A stretch of 64,000 nt of DNA from Candidatus Sulfotelmatobacter sp. GTDB lineage: Bacteria > Verrucomicrobiota > Verrucomicrobiia > Limisphaerales > UBA11358. The DNA lies in contig DATHOG010000003.1 of assembly GCA_035485115.1 (NCBI GenBank), positions 3,755 through 67,754 of the forward strand, in the 5' to 3' direction. Of the stretch, positions 58,301 to 64,000 are shown one piece after another. Below the pieces are notes generated by a model, which was not told the origin of the DNA, ran no database searches, and worked only from the letters and a program-made list of their open reading frames with translations. Positions within the stretch are counted from its first letter, which is position 1; every line of letters starts with the position of its first letter. A program made the position numbers and the translations under genes.

Positions 58301-58436
58301 TCGTGAAACGCCAGTCGGGATTGAAATTGAGTTCCTGCCGCCCGCCGTCGGCGCGTACCGTCAGCGTCGCGAGGCTCAACGTGAACAAAACGGCGAGCCG
58401 GACGAGACGGCGCCCGGATGGTCTGCGGACAGTCAT
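55359..58436 (-). CDS. Secreted GH2-family glycoside hydrolase-like protein with a long C-terminal extension
   Basis: Start at ATG 58436 gives the signal peptide MTVRRPSGRRLVRLAVLFTLSLATLTVRA. GH2 N-terminal blocks NFNPDWRF, WYRKTF and FLNG. The TIM-barrel block reads NNPSIMIWEGGNQ. Confidence 0.78.
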   Translation of the reverse strand: MTVRRPSGRRLVRLAVLFTLSLATLTVRADGGRQELNFNPDWRFTKTDPTNAFAESFNDEGWNTVSTPHTFNDTDTFNNFELPGLRGEENQWSGRTWYRKTFVAPESWSGQKVFIEFQAVRQFGEVFLNGQRLGICKNGFIPFGFDLTSYLKIGATNVLAVMCDNRFMINPMPGAKETGLMSDTLGEFETKVNKIIPDDVNAIRADQIPWNNPQWHPAMGGIYRDVKLYVTDPLHITLPLYDFLQTEGPYIYPTDVSDKSAKVNVEIPIQNDRISNEEVDVSVQILDHDGKVVSTGRVSPVMKIASTALVKANIAVTVPNPNLWQPDFPYLYRAKISLSIDGKEIDSQEVPFGIRTVNWDANTGFAINGKHLRLHGWGQKPVDEWPGLGDAQPDWLHFYTLDLMKQAGANWVRWGHCAAGPAQIASCDMLGLMVEQPGVDGESDTVGAAWQIRADAFRDALIYYRNNPSIMIWEGGNQKVTEEHARQLRGYMDEFDPHGGRAYAHRRANAITGKYMDVCIGTEGGREISSLPVVEGEYDREESPRRVWDEFTPPNTNYNALEAGQTYNVDSEEYAVNEVVQYVHKTFAANHSGGANWIFSDSTSGGRNTTEVSRASGEVDGVRLPKEAYYVVQAMFRDDPQVHIIGHWNYPAGTKKTVYVASNCGDVELFVNGKSLGHGKVSDRFLFTFENVAFEAGEIEAVASYHGEAVATNSIQTAGEAVALRLTPVIGPENFEADGSDVALVDVEAVDAQGRRVPTFQQRVDFDCSGPAIWRGGYNSGQPGSINNPFLDLECGINRIAVRSTLQPGTVAISASCPGLKPASVAIASHPVGIQNGIETKNPPLPEVTLARPDFLRVSEEPAATGDGQPSAGAGRYIVSFSYSGPTTIVHVEQNATDGRNIFVDRDTPFAGLPPALVGADWVQGANGDSIYSAVDLMQLAVKGGTVVSVAHDDRLPLPTWLEQKFRRTGMTLKVNGHAMTIYQHRAKTDESLTLGSNTDDPSVTTALAYVVFVSRLPLSTEAMN

Positions 58437-58545
58437 GGATTCATAATTGTGCCCCGAAAACCCCGCCGCCGAAATAGAACGTTTGTCCACCCTTGAAATT
58501 CCTTAACCCTGTAACTTCGTCGGTCGCGTTCCGGTCTTAAACAAG

Positions 58546-59790
58546 ATGATTCCCCATATTTCCTTGTCCGGACAGGACAAACGGAGCGGATTTCTGCCGG
58601 TTGCCTTTGCGCTGCTATTGGCTTTTTCCACCCGGGCCGCCGAATTGCCAAAGGTGTTTTGCGACGATGCCAGGGTTCTCGCTGCCAATAAATCCGCGCT
58701 GGCCAATGGCGATGCCGGGTTGCAACCCGCCCTGAAGCACCTGTTAAAAGACGCCGATTCACGGCTGAACGAAAAGCCGCATTCGGTGATGGATAAAGAG
58801 CAGGTCCCGTCCAGCGGCGATAAACATGATTTCATGAGCCAGGCGCCGTATTTCTGGCGCGACACGAATTCCCCGGACGGCAAATACATCCGGCGCGACG
58901 GCGAGCGCAATCCCGAATCCAACACGGATTCCGATTCCGGCCATTTCCAGAAAACCTGCGCCGATGCGCACACGCTTGCGCTCGCTTATTATTTTTCCGG
59001 CGATGAAAAATACGCGGCGAAGGCGACGGTGTTGATCCGCGTCTGGTTTCTGGATCCGGAAACGAAGATGAATCCGAATTTTAATTTCGGGCAGGGAATC
59101 CCCGGCGAGACCGAAGGCCGTTCCGCCGGACTCATCAGCGCCCGCGGTCTGGTGCAGCTCGTGGATGCCATCGGATTGATCGGGAGTTCAAAATCATGGA
59201 CCGCGGACGACCAGAAAGGCATGACCGCCTGGTTCACGGAATGGCTGAACTGGCTCACGACGAGTAAAATCGGGCGGGGCGAACTGGACGCAAAGAACAA
59301 CCACGGCAGCTGGTGTGAAGCCCAGGCGGCGAGCATCGCATTGTTCCTCGGCAAAACGGACATGGCGCGCGACATCATCTCGCAGGCGCGCGAACGCCGC
59401 GTGGCCAGGCAGATCGAACCGGACGGACGTCAGCCGTTCGAACTTATGCGCACGACCAGTTTCGGTTACAGCCTGTTCAACCTGCGCGCGTTGATGGAAC
59501 TGGCGAGCATCGGGCAAAATCTCGATGTGGATCTGTGGCATTATGAGACCAGGGATGGCCGGAGCATCCGGAAGGCGACGGAATTCATGGCGCGGTATGC
59601 CGACCCGAAATCAAAGTGGCCCTATCAACAAATCCACCCGGCGAACCGCGATGATCTGGCGGAAGCGCTGGCGCGTGCCGCCGCCGAATTTCCCGACAGC
59701 CAGGCGGTCCGGGATGGACTCACATTTTTCAAACCGGAAAGCCTGGCCGGAAACCCCTCGCGTTTGTGTTTTAAAACTGCGGTTCCCTGA
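58546..59790 (+). CDS. Secreted alginate-lyase-family (alpha/alpha-toroid polysaccharide lyase) protein
   Basis: Signal peptide. Blocks DKHDFMSQAPYFW, WFLDPETKMNPNFNFGQ and NNHGSWCEAQ are typical of the Alginate_lyase domain. Confidence 0.65.
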   Translation: MIPHISLSGQDKRSGFLPVAFALLLAFSTRAAELPKVFCDDARVLAANKSALANGDAGLQPALKHLLKDADSRLNEKPHSVMDKEQVPSSGDKHDFMSQAPYFWRDTNSPDGKYIRRDGERNPESNTDSDSGHFQKTCADAHTLALAYYFSGDEKYAAKATVLIRVWFLDPETKMNPNFNFGQGIPGETEGRSAGLISARGLVQLVDAIGLIGSSKSWTADDQKGMTAWFTEWLNWLTTSKIGRGELDAKNNHGSWCEAQAASIALFLGKTDMARDIISQARERRVARQIEPDGRQPFELMRTTSFGYSLFNLRALMELASIGQNLDVDLWHYETRDGRSIRKATEFMARYADPKSKWPYQQIHPANRDDLAEALARAAAEFPDSQAVRDGLTFFKPESLAGNPSRLCFKTAVP

Positions 59791-59812
59791 TTGCGGAGCC
59801 GCTCGCAATTTT

Positions 59813-60439
59813 TCAACGGCCCAGGAATTTCACCACGGCCTCGGTGCGGGACTGGACGTGGAGTTTTTCGTAAACGGTGTGCAGGTGCGCGCGGACCGTG
59901 CTCAGGCTGATGCCAAGCTGGTCGGCGATCTCCTTGTAGAGAAAACCTTTCGCGAGCAGCGCGAGAATCTCATGTTCGCGCTTGGTGAGTTTATCCACTT
60001 CCGACTGGGGTTTTTTGATCTGCTGGAAATGGGTGACGACCTTGCGTGCGATCTGCATGGACATCGGCGCGCCGCCGGCATGGACCTGTTCGATGGCGGA
60101 AATCAGTTCCGCCGGCGGCAGGTTCTTGAGCAGGTAACCGCTCGCACCCTTGCGGAGCGAATCAAAGATCAGATCGCCTTCCTCATAGGTCGTGAGCATC
60201 AACACATGCGTCTTTGGCAGCTTTTCCTTGATCTGGTGGACGCACTCGATGCCGTTCATCTTCGGCAGGTTGATGTCCATGAGCACCACGTCCGGCGCAT
60301 TGCCGGGGATTTTTTCAACGGCATCCTCGCCGTTGGCATGCGCGCTCACGAAACGCAGCGAGGGGGCGCGGTCAAGCAGCTCCGTGAGGCTCTCGCGCGT
60401 GCCGCGGCTGTCTTCAACGATGGAAACACTGATTCGCAT
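59813..60439 (-). CDS. NarL/LuxR-family response regulator
   Basis: Start at ATG 60439 (MRISVSIVEDS). The phospho-acceptor context is DVVLMDINLPKMNG. The C-terminal helix-turn-helix is LTKREHEILALLAKGFLYKEIADQLGISLSTV. Confidence 0.9.
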   Translation of the reverse strand: MRISVSIVEDSRGTRESLTELLDRAPSLRFVSAHANGEDAVEKIPGNAPDVVLMDINLPKMNGIECVHQIKEKLPKTHVLMLTTYEEGDLIFDSLRKGASGYLLKNLPPAELISAIEQVHAGGAPMSMQIARKVVTHFQQIKKPQSEVDKLTKREHEILALLAKGFLYKEIADQLGISLSTVRAHLHTVYEKLHVQSRTEAVVKFLGR

Positions 60440-60519
60440 GTCAGGCTTCCGTGATTTTGGTTCAATGTGCTTGTTCATGCAATAGGATGAATGTTCGACT
60501 CGATTCAGTTTGAAAAAAT

Positions 60520-63500
60520 TCAATCGTTGTTCCGCCATGGCAGGCGGACGGTGACAATCGTGCCGCTGCCGACGCGCCCTTGGATGGTGCAGTCGCCGCC
60601 GACTTCGGCCATGCGCTGCTTCATGTTGCGCAGGCCGTCGGACAAGGCGTTGTCCGGCGCGTCGGTAAAACCGCAGCCATTGTCCTCGATGACGATTTTC
60701 AGCGCCGTCTCATCGACGAGGACGCGCAGATGGACTTCCGTGGCGTTCGCATGTTTGAAGATGTTGTGCAGGGCCTCCTTCACCACGAGAAAAAGATTGT
60801 GGCGCAGGTCCGTGGACAATTCGCGCGCCGGAATGCTCTCGGGAAAATCCAGCCGGCAGCGGATGCCCACGGTGCGCAGATAATCCACGGCGTACTGGCC
60901 CGCATAATCAAGCAGGTGCGCGAGGGTGTCGTTGCGGGGGTTGACGGCCCAGACGATTTCATCGAGCGCCTTCACGGCCTGCCGGGCGGTGGCGGAAATT
61001 GTCCGGATGCGGTCGCCGACGAGCTTCGGTTCTTCCCGGTCCTGGTTCGCCAGTTCGCCGAGGTAGGCGATTTGCGTCAGGTTCGCGCCCAGATCATCGT
61101 GGATATCCTTGGCGATGCGGGCGCGCTCACGCTGTAATGCCGCCTGTTGTTCCAACACGCGCAACTGCGCCCGCAGGCGGCGGAACGAAACGTAGCGCAC
61201 CACCGCGATGATCGACAAGGTGAACGCCAGCACGACCAGCGACCGGAACCAGAAGGTCTGCCAGAAAAATGGCGTGACCGTCAGCGCGATGGTGGCGGTG
61301 TTCTGGCTCCAGTCGCCGTCGCCGTTGCACGCCGCCACCTCGAAATCATAATCGCCGTAGCCGAGCGTCTGGATGATCACCGCCCGGGCGTCGTTTGGCT
61401 CGGATTCCGTCCAGCTGCTCTCGACCCCGTCCAGCCGGTGACGGAAACGGACGTTTTCCGGAGCGCTGAAATCGAAGGCGGTGAACTCGAACCGGACGCT
61501 GCGGTGATCCGGCGGCAGTTTCAACCGGGTCGCGCCTCGTCGCGCCTCGGGAATCGCCTGGAACGATGGTTCGGGCGGCAGCACGCCATTATATTGCGCC
61601 ACCACGCGGTCGTCCACGAGCACACGCGTGAGCAGCGAGGCGGGCGGGGAATTATGTTCGTAGATCCTTTCGGGGTCGATGACGGCGAGCGCGGTCTGCA
61701 TGGGGATCCACAGCCGGCCGTCGCGCCCGCGCAGCACGTCGGGCGAATCACCGAAGGTCGCTTGCAAGCTCGGCAGGCCTTCGCCCTTGCCATAATGGAT
61801 GGAGCGCACCTTGGAGATTTTTCCCGCCTCACAATCTTCAAAATCCTCCAGGCGCACCTTGAACAATCCGCGGTTTGCGCCGAACCACAACCAGCCCTGG
61901 TCGTCGGCGACGATGTGGGAGACATAATTGTCGAACAGACCCTGGCCGGAATCGATTTCGGTGTAGCGGCCAGCCTTCAACCGGCCCACGCCGGCGCCGG
62001 CGTAGCCGATCCACAGCGCGCCATCCGGCGTCGCGTACAGGCAACGGATGGAGGTCATGGTTTCGCTCTTGCGCGGCGTGACTTCGGTGATGTCGTCACC
62101 GTGGATGCGGAACAGGTTGCCCCGGGAGCTGGCGGCCCAGATGTTGCCGGCGGTGTCCTCGATCATCGCGCGGAAGATGCGGATGTTCACCGGGAACGGG
62201 AATTTTTTTACCTTGCCGGCGTGAAGGCACAGGATGGCATTGGGTGTTTCCTGGCCCGCCCACAGGTCGCCGGACCGGCTGATGAGCAAGGTGTGGAGCG
62301 TCTGGTTGCGAAATGATTCCGCGCCGGGGAAGTCGATGAATTTGCCGTCATGCCAGCAGAACAAACCCTGGTTGTGCGTCCCGATCCAGATGCGGTTTTG
62401 CGGGTCGGCGGTCACGCAGGTCACATTGCTCGGCCAGTCGCTGCCCGGGTTGTAGAACGGCTGCCAGTGGTCGTTGATTTTTTGGACCAGCACGCCGTTT
62501 TGGGTCGTGGCCCAGACGATGCCGTTCGTGTCTTCGCAGATGGATTCGATGGAAGAGAACGGCAGCCCCGCCGATTCGTCGTCGAGCGTGATGGCGCGTG
62601 GCCGGATGCGGTTCAACCCGCCGCCAAAAGTTCCCGCCCAGATGCTGCCCTCGCGGTCCTCGATCAGGCTCAGGATGGCGCCGTGGCTGGTGGCCACGGT
62701 CTGGAAGCCGTCATCGGTGTGATGATACAGGCCGTTGTAGGTGGTGCCGATCCAGACATCGCCATCCTTGTCCTCCAGCATGGTCGTGGCCACCGTGCCG
62801 CTGTTGTCCGGATGAAACTCGCCGTAGTCCAGGACGTTGCCTGCCTCGTCACACTTCAAAAGCTGGTGGCCGCAGCAGGCCCACACGCCGCCCTCGGAAG
62901 CGGCCGTGAGCCGCATCGGTTGCGGGTTTAATTTTTGCACGACCCGAAAAATGCCGTTGGTGACGATGCCGATTTCGCCTTCCTTGGCCCACCAGACCCG
63001 TCCGCCGCCGTCCGTCGCCAGTGCACAGATGTCCAGGCCCTCGGGCAATCCGTCGTTCGTCCTCAATTGGGAAACCTGGTCGCCCCGGATGCGATAAACC
63101 AGTCCGCCGCGATACGACAACAACGTGGTTCCATCCGCTCCTTCCGCGATGCCGTTCGGAATCAAATTGGTCACTTCGTTGACAAACGCGCGTGAATTCG
63201 TTCCCGCGAGCCGCACGAGCGCGCCACGGTCCATGGCCAGCCAGAGCGCGCCGTGACGTCCGCGCTGCATGGTGATGATGCCATGATTCGGCAGCGCGAT
63301 AAGGTTGGTGAGCGAAACGTTTTCGAAACGGATGCCGTCGAAGCGCGCGAGCCCTGTCGGTGTGCCGATCCAAAGATAGCCTTCTTCCGTTTGCGCGAGG
63401 CCGTTGACCGTGTTATCCGGCAGGCCTTCCTCGGTCTGCCACCAGCGCGCGAGCCATTCCGTGTCGCGCTCGACCGCCGCCGGCGCGTTGCCGGCAAAAA

Positions 63501-63552
63501 ACAACACGCCCGCGCACAACGCGAGAAGTCGGCAGACGTTTTTCATGGGCAC
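60520..63552 (-). CDS. Sensor histidine kinase with periplasmic two-component-regulator propeller repeats + Y_Y_Y domain, 1 TM, HisKA_3 and HATPase_c
   Basis: Signal peptide. Many repeats of the W(I/V)GT..GL type. TM is FWFRSLVVLAFTLSIIAVV. H-box is RIAKDIHDDLGANL. ATPase G-box is EDNGCGF. Confidence 0.88.
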   Translation of the reverse strand: MPMKNVCRLLALCAGVLFFAGNAPAAVERDTEWLARWWQTEEGLPDNTVNGLAQTEEGYLWIGTPTGLARFDGIRFENVSLTNLIALPNHGIITMQRGRHGALWLAMDRGALVRLAGTNSRAFVNEVTNLIPNGIAEGADGTTLLSYRGGLVYRIRGDQVSQLRTNDGLPEGLDICALATDGGGRVWWAKEGEIGIVTNGIFRVVQKLNPQPMRLTAASEGGVWACCGHQLLKCDEAGNVLDYGEFHPDNSGTVATTMLEDKDGDVWIGTTYNGLYHHTDDGFQTVATSHGAILSLIEDREGSIWAGTFGGGLNRIRPRAITLDDESAGLPFSSIESICEDTNGIVWATTQNGVLVQKINDHWQPFYNPGSDWPSNVTCVTADPQNRIWIGTHNQGLFCWHDGKFIDFPGAESFRNQTLHTLLISRSGDLWAGQETPNAILCLHAGKVKKFPFPVNIRIFRAMIEDTAGNIWAASSRGNLFRIHGDDITEVTPRKSETMTSIRCLYATPDGALWIGYAGAGVGRLKAGRYTEIDSGQGLFDNYVSHIVADDQGWLWFGANRGLFKVRLEDFEDCEAGKISKVRSIHYGKGEGLPSLQATFGDSPDVLRGRDGRLWIPMQTALAVIDPERIYEHNSPPASLLTRVLVDDRVVAQYNGVLPPEPSFQAIPEARRGATRLKLPPDHRSVRFEFTAFDFSAPENVRFRHRLDGVESSWTESEPNDARAVIIQTLGYGDYDFEVAACNGDGDWSQNTATIALTVTPFFWQTFWFRSLVVLAFTLSIIAVVRYVSFRRLRAQLRVLEQQAALQRERARIAKDIHDDLGANLTQIAYLGELANQDREEPKLVGDRIRTISATARQAVKALDEIVWAVNPRNDTLAHLLDYAGQYAVDYLRTVGIRCRLDFPESIPARELSTDLRHNLFLVVKEALHNIFKHANATEVHLRVLVDETALKIVIEDNGCGFTDAPDNALSDGLRNMKQRMAEVGGDCTIQGRVGSGTIVTVRLPWRNND

Positions 63553-63822
63553 AAATTGATGATAACTTGCCCGCTTGTCGAAGCAAGCGGCCGGCGTTCA
63601 ATCAGTCCGTACCCCGCTTCATTCGATTTCCGGCGGGCCTTGGATCTTCCGGACGTCGCCAGAAATACATGGGGTCGTTTCTTTTAATGGAATGAGTCCA
63701 TGTTGACGACGCGCGGCCCGCGGTCAAGGTTTCCAATCCTGAACGTTTGTTCAATGGTTGCCACGGGCGGCCCGCCTAAACTAGAGCGATTCAAGAAAAC
63801 TTGTAGTCATATGCTTTCGCCC

Positions 63823-63976
63823 ATTTTCTCCCTCACCCCGGCCCTCTCCCGCTGGGAGAGGGTGAAACGCTCTCTGCTTCATACGAAAACGAGCGGCTGG
63901 ATTGGAATGTGTCGCACTCAAAAAAGAAAAAGCAAACATAACTGTTCCCTCTCCCAGCGGGAGAGGGTGAGGGAGA
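63823..63976 (-). repeat. ~155-bp interspersed repeat, minus-orientation copy
   Basis: Its reverse complement aligns with 22183-22339 along its whole length with few mismatches. Confidence 0.75.
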
Positions 63977-64000
63977 TGGCATGGCAACCATCTCGGCTAT

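Noticed and set aside
59525-62316. 309-aa and 389-aa plus-strand ORFs
   Set aside because: They are antisense to the response regulator and the sensor kinase, and one also overlaps the 3' end of the alginate-lyase-like gene out of frame. The composition is shadow-ORF-like.

Overview
High-GC bacterial chromosome segment. The gene content looks Verrucomicrobiota/PVC-like: a GloVer tandem-repeat protein, a prepilin-type DUF1559-like protein, an ECF sigma factor plus Ser/Thr kinase, and many nested palindromic repeats. Core content: a tight GlcNAc/chitooligosaccharide operon (MFS, GH20, sugar kinase, PIG-L deacetylase, nagB), a cell-wall amidase and an epimerase, ubiX-ankyrin-ubiA, lysC, acnA, eno, hom-thrC, a GH2/alginate-lyase-like pair and a Y_Y_Y two-component system. 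Most notable: (1) from about 23.0 to 27.6 kb, a more AT-rich run of small same-strand ORFs separated by attC-like imperfect palindromes with GTTRRRY/RYYYAAC ends. This is an integron-like cassette array with no integrase in the window, invaded by MITE-like repeats. (2) A 10.4 kb six-gene operon holds two modules of the uncharacterised circularly permuted ATP-grasp / alpha-E / transglutaminase system. (3) A Ser/Thr kinase is split from its membrane/sensor half by one in-frame TAA inside a conserved kinase motif. (4) A fluoride riboswitch controls crcB, DUF190 and an extra small membrane protein, divergent from eno. (5) A four-helix-bundle (IVS/Avd-like) gene is flanked by ATCGCC[AG]AT repeat arrays. 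All calls come from reading the sequence and ORF translations by eye; no database searches or folding programs were run.
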